Part shown: positions 41,073 through 52,200 of the stretch, piece after piece | Layout of the letters: each line of letters opens with the position of its first letter | Position numbering within the stretch: the first letter of the stretch is position 1 | From: an uncultured Chloroflexia bacterium | GTDB lineage: Bacteria; Chloroflexota; UBA6077; JACCZL01 | Reading direction: 5' to 3' | Assembly: GCA_963765765.1 (NCBI GenBank) | Contig: CAVXYC010000029.1 | Span: forward strand, 1-64,000 | Length of the DNA stretch: 64,000 nt | The notes under the pieces: model-generated | The model's input: the letters and a program-made list of their open reading frames with translations, nothing else | Databases searched by the model: none | Told to the model about the DNA's origin: nothing | Position numbers and translations under genes: made by a program

Positions 41073-42029
41073 ATGGTGACTAGCGAAATTGAGTGCTTCT
41101 TCGAGTATCTGCAGGGCGAGCGGCAATTAGCTCCCAATACCCTGGCGGCGTACCGAAACGACCTATCGCAATTCACCGAGTACTTGGAAACTCCAAGAGC
41201 CGGGCAGTTCCTGAATTCGACCAATGGAACACCGGCCAGCGAGACTCAGCCATCGGCAGTGTCGCAGGCGGCAGTGTTCGATTTTTTCAGCTATTTGCGT
41301 GACGAGCGACGATATTCGGCCGCTACGATCGCCCGAAAGATGGCGGCGGTGAAATCGCTCTATCAGTTCTTAGTACGGGATGGAAAAGTGGGCCGCAGCC
41401 CTGTAGCCGATTTGGGTGCCCCTGAGGTCAAGAAAGCGCTCCCGCGAGCCCTATCCCTGGAAGACGTCTCCAATCTCATGCTGCAGGTCGAGAAGCGGCA
41501 TACGCCCGAGGGGCTCAGGGATTGCGCGATGCTGCGGGTGCTCTACGCGACGGGAATGCGGGTTACGGAGATGGTCTCTCTCGATCTGTGCGACCTGAAT
41601 CTCGAGGAGAGCACCGTCCTGTGTACGGGGCGTGGCAAGCGCAAGCGCACACTGCCACTTGACGAGGACACGACTTACTCGCTGAAGCAGTACACCGTGG
41701 CGGGACGAGGTCAGCTCAGTCGGGCACTAGACAACCAAGCGCTGTTTCTCAATCATCGAGGTCAGCGACTCACCCGACAGGGCTTCTGGCTCATCATGAA
41801 GGGCTTCGCGCGAGATGCGGGTCTATCGACGCTGGTTACACCGCACACGCTGCGACATTCATTTGCCGCGCATCGACTCAACGACGGCATATCGTTGCCG
41901 CATCTGCGATATCTGCTTGGCCACGCAAACCTGTCCACCACCCAGATTTATCAGCAGCTACGCGACCAGCAGCCGGTGCGAGAGCCTCAGACGCAGCTAG
42001 AACCCATTGCCGCCGGCAGCGGCCGGTAG
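41073..42029 (+). CDS. XerC/XerD-family tyrosine recombinase
   Basis: AAGGAG RBS; NTLAAYRNDL, YATGMRVTE, HTLRHSFA, LLGHANLSTTQIY. Confidence 0.92.
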   Translation: MVTSEIECFFEYLQGERQLAPNTLAAYRNDLSQFTEYLETPRAGQFLNSTNGTPASETQPSAVSQAAVFDFFSYLRDERRYSAATIARKMAAVKSLYQFLVRDGKVGRSPVADLGAPEVKKALPRALSLEDVSNLMLQVEKRHTPEGLRDCAMLRVLYATGMRVTEMVSLDLCDLNLEESTVLCTGRGKRKRTLPLDEDTTYSLKQYTVAGRGQLSRALDNQALFLNHRGQRLTRQGFWLIMKGFARDAGLSTLVTPHTLRHSFAAHRLNDGISLPHLRYLLGHANLSTTQIYQQLRDQQPVREPQTQLEPIAAGSGR

Positions 42030-42123
42030 GCAACTCCGGGATCGCCCTTTCGTTTCCATATGTGGGAGCCCCGGTCGGCAGCGATGTCGGGCCGGATGCC
42101 CATCACTCGGCCTGGTCCCACAC

Positions 42124-43980
42124 ATGATCTTCTCGCGAATACTTGGCTCGCTCATCCAGTCTCGCCGGTTCAAAAGATGGTGTGCTGGTGTCTCATTGTC
42201 GGCTGCGCTCACGATGCTCGGATCGAGTGTCGCACCTGGCGCAACGGCTGTCGGGCCCACCGATGATCTCCCGGCCCGCGATCCCATATCACTGGCGCAT
42301 AGGTTTCTCGGAGTCACCTCGAACCTAGAAGTATCACCAGCGCCGCCGATCTCGGTTGGGGATCATCGCTCATTTCAGGTCTTGAACCAAGTCACGTCGC
42401 GATACGAAACGGTCGAGGCGACGCTTGTTTATGCATCCCCACACGCCTATTGGTGGCTGCAAGACGGGTTTAGCGTTGAGCAAGCGGCGTTTGAACGATC
42501 GGCCGAGGTGTTCGAAACGAAGGCATTCGGAGTTCTCCAGATGCTCTATGGCTCCGTGACACTTCCAAGTATCGGAGCGGACAGTAAGATCCACGTGCTG
42601 AACTCCAGAATTCATGGAGTTTCTGGATATTTCTCGTCGGTGGACGCTCTCCCACGGGCAATCCATCCCTACTCCAACGAAGCCGCGATGATCGTGATCA
42701 ACTTGGATTCGTTCAAGCCCGGGCAATCGGCCTACGATGAGACGCTTGGACACGAGCTTCAGCACATTCTCCAGTGGACGACAAATCCTTCCAATGAGGG
42801 CTGGTTCGATGAGGGCATGTCGGAGGTCGTTGCCTCAGCGGTGCGAGGTAGCGCGACTCGCGGCGGCACCTTCGCCCGCCGCCCGGACCGTCCCCTTCTG
42901 GCCTGGAGTGACGATCCGAGCGCATTCGCTGGTCAATATGACGGGTCGTTTCTCATTGCCCAGTATGTTGCCGACCGATTCGGGCTGGATGCTCTCGGAG
43001 CAATCGTCCGCGCCGGACGTGCTCCATCGTCGATAGAGCGTTTCCTGATTCAGAAGGGTGAGGGGGAGCGCTTCGACGAGCTCTTTGGAGACTGGCTGGT
43101 GGCCAACGTTGGCGATCCGCAACGAGTTGAGCGACCCGCCGCGTATCGCTACTCCCAGGTGGATCCAGATGCGTCTACGGTCGGACAGATATCACCTAGC
43201 GGTGAGTGGTCAGATACCGTATTTCAGTATGGGACAGATTATCTCGAGATCATGCCCGGGGTAACGACGCTCGCGATTCAGGCCACCTCAGCAGTGAAGA
43301 TCGTTCCCGCTGAAGGCGCGGAAACCAACCAGGTGTGGTGGAGCAACCGCGCGGACTCGCTTGATGCCACGCTCACACGTCGGATGGACTTGCGTGGACG
43401 TTCCGCCGCTCAGCTTCGCTTTCGAACTTGGTTTGACACTGAGCCGGAATTCGATCACGGCTACGTCGCGGTATCCACGGACGAAGGAGATACCTGGCGG
43501 GCGCTGGAAGGCCTCAAGACAAAGTCCGCCAACCCTACTGGAAACGCGTATGGTCCGTCATTTACAGGTTCCAGTGGCGGGGACAGGGTACCGCGGTGGG
43601 TGGACGAGCAGATCGACCTGAGCGGCTTTGTGGGCGCCGAGATACTCGTACGATTCGAGTACATCACCGATCAGGGCACATCCCGTCAAGGGTGGATCGT
43701 GGACGACATCAGCATTGATGAATCCGTAAGCGAACAGGATCAGCTGAACTGGCAAGCAGCGGGATTCGTACGCACGCCGCTCAGTGTGCCATCCCGCATG
43801 CTCGTACAGCTCATCAGTGGTACCGGCGCAACAACCAGCGTCGCTCGATACTGGATCGATTCTGGAGTGACGACTACCGTGCCAATTAGCCCAGTGGGTG
43901 GCCGCACGATCGTTTCAGTAAGTGGAGTAACACCCATGACCATGGAGCCAATGGAGTATTCGGTGAGGGCGGTGCAGTAA
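42124..43980 (+). CDS. Secreted zinc metallopeptidase with immune-inhibitor-A-like C-terminal domain
   Basis: Signal-peptide-like N-terminus; HELQH zinc motif, WFDEGMSE; WFDTEPEFDHGYV...FEYITD...GWIVDDI beta-sandwich. Confidence 0.8.
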   Translation: MIFSRILGSLIQSRRFKRWCAGVSLSAALTMLGSSVAPGATAVGPTDDLPARDPISLAHRFLGVTSNLEVSPAPPISVGDHRSFQVLNQVTSRYETVEATLVYASPHAYWWLQDGFSVEQAAFERSAEVFETKAFGVLQMLYGSVTLPSIGADSKIHVLNSRIHGVSGYFSSVDALPRAIHPYSNEAAMIVINLDSFKPGQSAYDETLGHELQHILQWTTNPSNEGWFDEGMSEVVASAVRGSATRGGTFARRPDRPLLAWSDDPSAFAGQYDGSFLIAQYVADRFGLDALGAIVRAGRAPSSIERFLIQKGEGERFDELFGDWLVANVGDPQRVERPAAYRYSQVDPDASTVGQISPSGEWSDTVFQYGTDYLEIMPGVTTLAIQATSAVKIVPAEGAETNQVWWSNRADSLDATLTRRMDLRGRSAAQLRFRTWFDTEPEFDHGYVAVSTDEGDTWRALEGLKTKSANPTGNAYGPSFTGSSGGDRVPRWVDEQIDLSGFVGAEILVRFEYITDQGTSRQGWIVDDISIDESVSEQDQLNWQAAGFVRTPLSVPSRMLVQLISGTGATTSVARYWIDSGVTTTVPISPVGGRTIVSVSGVTPMTMEPMEYSVRAVQ

Positions 43981-44139
43981 GAGCGCACTTGGGCTCCTGC
44001 GTCAAGCTTGTCCCAGATGGAGAGAACGGCGTTCCACCCACTCTGAATAGCGCACTTTCACTCTGGAGGGTGGGTGGGGTGCCTTTAGCGCGAACTTCGA
44101 AGCTACCGTGCACCTATGCTGAATAAGCGGATCTCGCGC

Positions 44140-44169
44140 TTGTCCGCTCGCTCGCCCGGCTCGTATACT
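44140..44169 (+). promoter_or_regulatory. Sigma70-type promoter of tRNA-Pro
   Basis: TTGTCC-N18-TATACT, 22 bp upstream of the tRNA. Confidence 0.55.
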
Positions 44170-44191
44170 GAAGTCCACCGGGACAGGTTGA

Positions 44192-44269
44192 CGGGGTGTA
44201 GCGCAGCCCGGTTAGCGCGCATCGTTCGGGACGATGAGGTCGGCGGTTCGAATCCGCCCACCCCGACCA
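44192..44269 (+). tRNA. tRNA-Pro (anticodon CGG)
   Basis: CGGGGTG acceptor stem, CATCG-TTCGGGA-CGATG anticodon arm, GGTTCGAATCC T-loop, encoded CCA. Confidence 0.97.
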
Positions 44270-44299
44270 GCAACAATAGACCTGCGTAAGGGCGACCGA

Positions 44300-45349
44300 T
44301 TACCGGTCGCTTTTTTCGTGCCCGTTGAGCGAGGCGCGCTCGATGTTCTTAGCTTCGGACCACAATGACTGCAGCTCGGCGCTATCGGCATCCTGAACAG
44401 TGGATCCTCGGCTCAGTAAGCATTCTTCCACATGTCGGAAACGCGATTGGACCCTGCCGATAGCCGCTGCCAGTGCTGCCTCAGCATCGACACCATGATC
44501 AAGTCCGATGCGCGCGGCCATGAACAGTACGTCACCAAGCTCGTGCTCCACGTCTTGCGCGGTCGATGCTTCGCGTAACTCCGCTAGCTCTTCCTCGAAC
44601 TTGCCCCTCGCTCCACCCTCAGCCCAGTCGAAGCCAACTGACTGAGCTCGACGTTGTACGGCTTGAGCGGCCATGAGCGAGGGAAGCCCTTTTCCCACAC
44701 CATCGAGAGATGCCTTGCGAGCGTTCGGTTTCTCGGAGTTCTTGATCCGATCCCAATTCACCAGAACTTGATCGGAGGATTCGGCCATGACGTCGCCAAA
44801 GACGTGTGGGTGACGCCTGACCAGCTTGTCGGTTAATGCCTCGAGCACGTCTGCAAAATTAAACTTGCCGGTCTCGTTTGCAATCTCTGATTGCAGCAAT
44901 ACCTGGAGAAGCACATCTCCAAGCTCATCGGCGATCTCGGACGGAGAACCCTGACGAATTGCTTCGGCAGCTTCATAGGCCTCCTCCAGGACAAACCGAA
45001 TCAACGTCTCGGGCGTCTGTTCACGGTCCCACGGGCATCCGCCGGGGCCGCGCAAGCGGGCAACGATGGCGCGGGCTCCGGCAATGCTTCTGCGCGCCGC
45101 GTCAGGCGCGAGCGGGGTGACGCGAATCTCCTTGAGCGGCCCCGAAGTCAGTAGATCCGCAACGGTACCGACAGTTTCTTTTCCATCTGGGCTGACGAGC
45201 ATAAGCTCGTCGGTATCTCTCAGACTCTGGCGGAGCGCAGAATATGAGCGCTTACGCCGATTATCGGACTCGAGATCCCGCACGAGCAGCGTGACGGTCG
45301 GATCAAAATAGTACGGTTCATCCGGATCGAGGACCTGGTAACTGCTCAT
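44300..45349 (-). CDS. mazG: Nucleoside triphosphate pyrophosphohydrolase with short N-terminal extension
   Basis: LRGPGGCPWDREQT, EEAYE, DELGDVLLQV, RRHPHVF, EEELAE, HELGDVLF. Confidence 0.93.
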   Translation of the reverse strand: MSSYQVLDPDEPYYFDPTVTLLVRDLESDNRRKRSYSALRQSLRDTDELMLVSPDGKETVGTVADLLTSGPLKEIRVTPLAPDAARRSIAGARAIVARLRGPGGCPWDREQTPETLIRFVLEEAYEAAEAIRQGSPSEIADELGDVLLQVLLQSEIANETGKFNFADVLEALTDKLVRRHPHVFGDVMAESSDQVLVNWDRIKNSEKPNARKASLDGVGKGLPSLMAAQAVQRRAQSVGFDWAEGGARGKFEEELAELREASTAQDVEHELGDVLFMAARIGLDHGVDAEAALAAAIGRVQSRFRHVEECLLSRGSTVQDADSAELQSLWSEAKNIERASLNGHEKSDR

Positions 45350-45371
45350 GCAGTCTCGATGCTATGCGGCG

Positions 45372-45590
45372 TCAGTGGCCGCAGGCGCAGCCCCCGCCGC
45401 AGCATCCTCCTCCGCCGCCCGCCATGGGCAGGCCCACACTCTTCTCCGAGCCGACTGTGGCAAACGTCGAGAACTGTCGTGAGACTTCGCCGGCGCAGGT
45501 GGGGCAAATCGGTGCTGGCGAGCTAGAGGATCGAACCAGAACTTCGAACCGTTCCTCGCATTGCTTGCAGGTATACTCGTACATCGGCAT
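45372..45590 (-). CDS. FmdB-family zinc-ribbon protein
   Basis: MPMYEYTCKQC...FE...CPTC; GGGGGCCGGGCACGH tail. Confidence 0.9.
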   Translation of the reverse strand: MPMYEYTCKQCEERFEVLVRSSSSPAPICPTCAGEVSRQFSTFATVGSEKSVGLPMAGGGGGCCGGGCACGH

Positions 45591-45683
45591 GGTTCGCGCT
45601 CCATGGATTCGCAGGTGAGAATGCACTCAAATTCTAAGAGCGAGCAGCCTGCCTGGCAACCCCCACGCACATAGGGTTCACTA

Positions 45684-47121
45684 ATGCGAGAGCTCACCCA
45701 ACGGGCAATTGATACTGCCACGCAAGCCGGCGCGAGCTATGCCGACATCAGGATTGAGCACCGACAGCGACAGGTCGTAAGCGTCAAGAACGGGAACCTC
45801 GACGCTGTTAGCGACGACCGCACACAGGGATTCGGCGTGCGCGCCCTTGTGAATGGTGCGTGGGGCTTTGCTAGCTCCTCGCGATTGGAGCCGTCCGAGG
45901 TGGATCGGGTGGCTCGGCTCGCCGTGGACATCGCACGTGCGAGCGGGCTTGCGTCTCGCCACCCGATCGATCTTGGGCTGCCTGTGAAATCCATCGGGAT
46001 ATACCGAACAGCGGTCGTTCGTGACCCATTCACGGTATCGCTCGATGAGAAGCTTGCCCTCCTACAGCAGGCCGACTCGGCCATGCGACGAGCCCCTGGA
46101 ATTGCATTCGCGGAATCCTCGCTGGACTGCCTTCGAATTGAGAAGGTCTTCGCAAGCAGTGAAGGCTCATATGTCGAGCAGACGCTGGTGGAGACTGGTG
46201 GCGGAATTGAAGCTACGGCAATCAACGAAAACGACCTACAGAAGCGATCCTATCCCAATAGCTTCGGTCGCCAGCAGGGCACCAGCCGGATTTGAGATCA
46301 TCGAAGCAATGGATCTGCCCGGAAATGGCGAGCGGATCGCTGATGAAGCCGTTCAACTCCTAACCGCGGCTCCGTGTCCCGAAGGTCGCATGACCATCGT
46401 TCTGGATGCTACGCAGACGGCTCTACAGGTTCACGAATCTTGCGGTCATGCCATTGAGCTCGACCGCGTATTTGGCATGGAGGCCAGTTACGCGGGGACC
46501 AGCTTCTTGACGACGGACAAATGGCCTGGATTCAAGTACGGCTCGGAGCACGTCAACATCGTCGCGGATGCGACTGTACCCGGGGCGCTGGGCACGTTCG
46601 GTTTCGATGACGAGGGCGTCCCGGCGCAACGTACGAACATCGTTGACCATGGTGAGTTCAAGAACTACATCACGTCTCGCGAGACAGCCTCCAGAATCGG
46701 TCAGTCAAGCAACGGAACCATGCGGGCCTCCGGATGGAATCGGATCCCGCTCATCCGGATGACGAATATCAATCTGGAACCGGGCGAGTGGTCGTTTGCA
46801 GACCTCATCGCGGATACGGACGACGGTATCTACCTGCAGACCAATAAGAGCTGGAGCATCGACGATAAGCGACTGAATTTCCAGTTTGGTACCGAGATCG
46901 CCTGGCGAATTAGGAATGGAAAGCTTGCCGAGATGATCCGTAATCCATCCTACGCCGGCATCACTCCTGAGTTCTGGGGCTCCTGTGACGCCGTCTGTCG
47001 GGAGTGGAACGTCTGGGGCACGCCCAATTGTGGAAAGGGTCAGCCTTCGCAAACCGCGCACGTAGGCCACGGCGCGGCACCTGCGCGATTCCGCAATGTT
47101 CGAGTCGGGGTGGTGCGCTAA
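45684..47121 (+). CDS. tldD: TldD metalloprotease subunit, frameshift near 46280
   Basis: GFGVRAL..GAWGF, HESCGH zinc motif, FDDEG, IRMTN, CGKGQP. Confidence 0.92.
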
Positions 47122-48458
47122 TGCTCGGCGAACGACAGGCGCGATCGCTGCTCGAGGGCGTGCTGTCTCGATCTCGGGCTACCGAGACTGAAGTGCTGCT
47201 GGTGGACGACGACCAGAGCTTGACTCGCTTTGCTGGATCCGAAATCCATCAGAATGTAGCCGAGACGGATTCGGAACTTCGCATTCGGGTCGTTGTCGAG
47301 AAGCGAATCGGCACGGCTTCAACACATGACCTGTCGGCATCGGCAATTGACGGTGCGCTCGACGCCGCAATGGCTGCCGCGGCCAGAGTTCCCGCGGACG
47401 AGCGATTTGTCTCGCTACCATCACCAGCTTCGATCACGCCAACCACCACATACGTCGACGCCACCGCAGAATGTTCGCCGACTTACAGAGCCGAGCGTGT
47501 GGCGCCTATCTGTCGGCTTTCAATTGAGTCCAATCTTGATGCGTCGGGGGCTTTTTCCACGGGCTCCAGTACGATAGCGATTGCCAATTCACATGGGGTG
47601 TTCGGCTACGAGCGCCGGACGGGCAGTAATCTGAAGATCGTCATGACCGGCGAAGACTCCTCAGGCTTCGCAGAGCGTACCTCCATGAACGTCGACTCTA
47701 TCGACGCTGAGGCCGCCGGCCGAGAAGCAATCGACCGCGCTATTCGGGGACGTAACCCTATTGACCCTGAACCTGGTCAGTACACGGTTGTGCTGGAGGA
47801 ATACGCCGTCGCGGAGATGCTCGATTACCTCTCGTACGTAGCCTTCGGTGGACTAGCTTACATTGAAGAACGGTCGCTCTTTGCTGGACGGATGGGCGAG
47901 CGGCTTTTCGGTGAGAACGTCACCATCGTGGACGATCCCAGGGCTGCCGATACATTGGCACGAAGTTTTGATGCTGAGGGCGTACCGTCTCAAGCCGTCA
48001 CGATCGTGGCGGACGGAGTCGCGCGAGCGGTCGTTCACGACTCATACAGTGGTGCTCTCGCAGGAACAGGCTCCACCGGCCATGGATTGCCGGCCCCAAA
48101 CACCTTCGGGGCATTTGCGGGACATCTGCGTCTTCAACCGGGTACCGCGGACCGCGATAGCCTGGCGAGGGGCATCGACCGCGGCCTATGGGTCACGCGC
48201 TTTCACTACGTCAATATCGCTGACCCCAAGCGGGCCATTCTCACCGGGATGACACGCGACGGCACGTTCTTGATTGAGAATGGACAATGCACGCGTCCGG
48301 TCCGGAATCTCAGATTCACCCAGGGCGTTCCTGAGGCGCTCAGTAGCGTTCGCGCGATCGCATCTCAGACCAAGACCATCGAGAGCTTCCTGGGGGCGGA
48401 CGTAGTCCCGGCCGTTGTGATCGATGGCTTCACCTTTACCAGTGCAACCGTTGCCTAG
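47121..48458 (+). CDS. pmbA: TldE/PmbA subunit
   Basis: LTRFAGSEIHQN, FDAEG, TGHG, TGMTRDGTF; no HExxH; coupled to tldD. Confidence 0.88.
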   Translation: MLGERQARSLLEGVLSRSRATETEVLLVDDDQSLTRFAGSEIHQNVAETDSELRIRVVVEKRIGTASTHDLSASAIDGALDAAMAAAARVPADERFVSLPSPASITPTTTYVDATAECSPTYRAERVAPICRLSIESNLDASGAFSTGSSTIAIANSHGVFGYERRTGSNLKIVMTGEDSSGFAERTSMNVDSIDAEAAGREAIDRAIRGRNPIDPEPGQYTVVLEEYAVAEMLDYLSYVAFGGLAYIEERSLFAGRMGERLFGENVTIVDDPRAADTLARSFDAEGVPSQAVTIVADGVARAVVHDSYSGALAGTGSTGHGLPAPNTFGAFAGHLRLQPGTADRDSLARGIDRGLWVTRFHYVNIADPKRAILTGMTRDGTFLIENGQCTRPVRNLRFTQGVPEALSSVRAIASQTKTIESFLGADVVPAVVIDGFTFTSATVA

Positions 48459-48528
48459 TGGAATGGCGGGGACTGACGTGATTCCCTTTGGCGAGGACGA
48501 TCATACGCTTGCAATTATTGGCTGACGG

Positions 48529-49263
48529 GTGACCGCCAGCGATCCAACCGAGACTCCCCCGCTTTCAGCGCTCGAAAGACGTATCAAGGTCCGATTTCGC
48601 GATCGGGACCTGTTGCGTCTGGCGTTGAGCCACACCTCCTATCTCAATGAGCGACCAGCCGAAGCTGACGGTTCCAATGAGCGCCTCGAATTTCTCGGTG
48701 ATGCCATCGTGGGAGCCGTCATCTCGGATTGGCTATACCGCTCACACCCGGATCGGTCTGAAGGAGATCTGACGGTGATTCGCTCCACGCTTGTTCGAGA
48801 GGAGACGTTGGCGCGTTGGGCGCGGGAGATTAACCTGGGGGACTATCTACTTCTGGGACGCGGCGAGGCCTTGGGTGGTGGCCGCACGCGATCAACCCTG
48901 CTTGCGCGGGCCTTTGAAGCACTGGTGGGCGCAATCTATCTCGAAAAGGGTGACGAGGCGGTCCGCAACTTTCTCTGGCAGTTTTTCGAGGCCGAAATGG
49001 CCTCGAGATCACCGGAGAGCCCCTTGCTCGATGCTAAATCTCGCTTGCAGCACCTCAGTCAGGTACGTTTCGGTCGGGTACCGCGCTATAAGGTGGTTTC
49101 CATGGGCGGTCCTGAGCACGAGCCCGTCTTTACGTGTGAAGTGCATATCTCGCCCGAACTGACTTTTCGGGGAACGGGCCGAACCAAGCGGCTCGCCGAG
49201 CAGGACGCGGCTAATCTCGCAATCTCCTCCATTCTCGAATCTGACGACGTCGAGGATTTTTAA
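48529..49263 (+). CDS. rnc: Ribonuclease III
   Basis: SNERLEFLGDA, FEALVGAIYL, dsRBD GPEHEPVF. Confidence 0.97.
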   Translation: MTASDPTETPPLSALERRIKVRFRDRDLLRLALSHTSYLNERPAEADGSNERLEFLGDAIVGAVISDWLYRSHPDRSEGDLTVIRSTLVREETLARWAREINLGDYLLLGRGEALGGGRTRSTLLARAFEALVGAIYLEKGDEAVRNFLWQFFEAEMASRSPESPLLDAKSRLQHLSQVRFGRVPRYKVVSMGGPEHEPVFTCEVHISPELTFRGTGRTKRLAEQDAANLAISSILESDDVEDF

Positions 49264-52200
49264 TGCAGCTTCGCCGTCTGGAAATAGTTGGATTCAAGAG
49301 CTTCGCCAATAAGTCGACATTTCTCTTCGACGGGAATGTCACGGTCCTGGCAGGACCAAATGGCAGTGGCAAGAGTAACGTCGCTGAAGCCGTTCGATGG
49401 GTCCTGGGCGAGCAGCGCCCTAGCGCTCTGAGAAGTCGCCGTGCGGATGAGGTGATCTTCCTGGGTTCCGATTCGCGTGCGCCCGTGGGTATGGCTGAAG
49501 TTTCCTCGTGATGGACAACTCCGAGGGCCGCATGGGCGTGGATTTCGGGGAAATTCGAATTACCCGCCGAATATATCGATCCGGTGAAAGTGAATATCTG
49601 CTCAACGGCAGGCGTGTCCGACTTCGTGACATCACCGAACGGATTCTTACGGTGGGGCTCGGGCCGGACAACTACACGGTCATTGGCCAGGGCGCCGTTG
49701 ACGAGCTCATTGCGCAGAAACCTGAGGAGCGCCGAATCGCGCTGGAAAATGCCGCTGATGTTCGTCGTCATCAGCTTCAGCTGAATGAGACGCGCAGCCG
49801 CCTCTCGACCACAGAAGAGAATCTGACTCGTTGCCGGGACGTCCTGGTGGAGCTCGATCCACAGGTCCGTCGCATGCGCTCCCATGCCGACCGAGCGGGC
49901 CGTGCTCGGGAAGCTCGTCAAGAGCTGCAGGTGGTAAGTCGGCGCCTCTACCGACACCAGTATCGAACGGCTCTTCAGCATCGCACAACGGCGGAGCAAC
50001 GCCGCGGCGAGACTGAGGTGGCGCTACGATTTGTGGAGGAGGAGCTGACGGCTCGCGATCTGCAATGGCGAGCACTGGAAACCGAGTCAGAATCCCTGGG
50101 ACAGGATTTGACCGAGGCCGATCGGCTCGTAAGAGACCTGCGTGGACAACGAGATGCACTGCAGAGTCAGCTACTTCGCGCTCGAGAACAAGAACTGGCT
50201 CTGGAAGCGGAGTCCCGGGCCACCAGTGAGAGTCAGGCACGGTTTGAGCGTGAGCAGTTAGACCTGGTTAGTCGGTCGGAATCGCTGGAGGCCCGTCGCC
50301 TAGAAGCTGAAGCGAATCGAGCAAACGCGCAACGTGAGCTCTCCGCCATTCAGGATGAGGAGCGGACAGCAAGTGCCGCGGCCCGATCGCGACGTGATGC
50401 TCTCGTCTCATCGAATACGCAGCTTCTTCAACTTCACTCCCAAGTCGAGCGGGAGCGGCAGAGCTTTAACCTGGCAACGCAAAAAGCTGCGGGGCTGCGG
50501 GCCGCGCATGCCGGAGTTGTGGACGAAATAGCCAGGCTGGACGAGGCAGTCGATACGGCACAGACAGCGGTTCAAGCTGCCAATACTCGATCAACTGAGG
50601 CTCGGGCCGAGCTGGAGCTGGCGGAGAGCAAGCTCACTGAGACGGAGCGCGAAGTGGCACGACTGGATGCCGAGCTACAGAAGGTGCGTACAACAATCCG
50701 CGCTGCCGAGCAGGAGCATGCCCGGCTTGAGGCGGCGCGCGCCGCGCTCGATGAGTCGCTCCAACGTCTCGTCACCGACGCGGCAGGAGAGACGTTACGC
50801 AAGGCCAGCCGCGGAGTGCTCGGTGTGCTTGGGCCCTCGCTTCGAGTACGAGACGGGTACGAGCGCCTAATCTCCGCTGCGCTTGCCGATCGCGTCGGTT
50901 ACGTTGTGATGGATACTCTCGAAGCGGCCGGTGAGCTCGCGAAAAGAGTTATGAGCGCGGACGAGCGGGCAGCACTCGTGTTGTCCGAGTTCAACGATGC
51001 GTCTATGGAGCGGTCGGTCGGTCGACTCCACCAGGTTGTGAGTCGACTTTCTTTGCCCGAAGGGGCACTCCTCGGTTTCGCGACAGACGTCGCTGAATGT
51101 GATGCTGACCTCCGAGCGGTGGTTAGGCGCTACCTGGGGTGCACCCTCATGCTCGACACCATTGAGCACGCTATCGACGTCGCTGACAATTTTGCATCAA
51201 GCGATGCGGCGAATGTCCCATGGCAGCTTGTTACTCGTGATGGTCACGTGTTGCGATGGAACGGCGAGTGGCGGAGCGGCAGCGATCAGCGACAGGTACG
51301 CCTCGTCGCTGGTCGGGCGGAGCTTGCGGCAATCGAGCAAGAGATCGCAGCATCCAGAGAGACTTCCGAACCGGAGAGGGTGCGTCTGGCTGAGCTGGAG
51401 AGCCAGCATCAGCACCAGCTAGAGCAGCGTGGTCAGTTCCGAAACAAAGCGCAGGAAACGCGCTCCTCGCTCAATCTGGCCACGGCTGAGGTCGACAAAC
51501 AGCGTCGACTTCTGGGCCTGGCGCAGCAGGCGCGGACAGCGTCCGATGCACGGCACTCGGCCGCTCAGAACCAGCTGCGAACTTTGGAAGAGTCCATTGC
51601 GACTGCTGAGTCGAGAATCGCGGAAATTGCAACGCTCTCGGCTGACCTGGAAGAGCAGCGAGCCCGGGCGCAAACCGCGGCTCAGTCCGATGAAGTACAC
51701 CTGACTGCACTACGCGCCCGAATGGCGGAGCACCAACGATTGGCCGCTGGAGCTGAGGCTCAACTTCAGTCAGTAGCCGACGAGCAGCGTCGCGAAGCGC
51801 GACTTCAAGTCGAGATACAGGAGCGGAGTCAGGCGCTGTTGGTGGTTCAATTGGGACTGCAAACCCGTGGTCAAAGGCTCATCGAATCGACCGCCGATCA
51901 TCGTAAGCGGATTGCTGAGATCGACACCGCTTTGCCCGAAGCCGATCAGCGGTTAGAGGGCTTACTTTCGACCATGAACCAGCTTGCCGGACGGCGGACG
52001 GTCCTAGGCGCGGAAATGAACGAAATCCGCGCACGAGTCAGGCAGGCTCAAACGGTTCATGATGCCGCCGGGCTGGAGCTCACACGAACGATCGAGGATC
52101 TGATCAGGCTCGAACGTGAAATCGCCGATGAGCTGGAAGACCTGGGTGATGACCGGAGTGTCCAAATGGCACTCTCGTTTGAAAACCGCACAGACAAGTC

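Noticed and set aside
41073-44269. Prophage or integrative element using the recombinase and tRNA-Pro as attachment site
   Set aside because: The recombinase is XerD-like in size and motifs, no phage or conjugation genes are present, and no duplicated tRNA 3' end was seen
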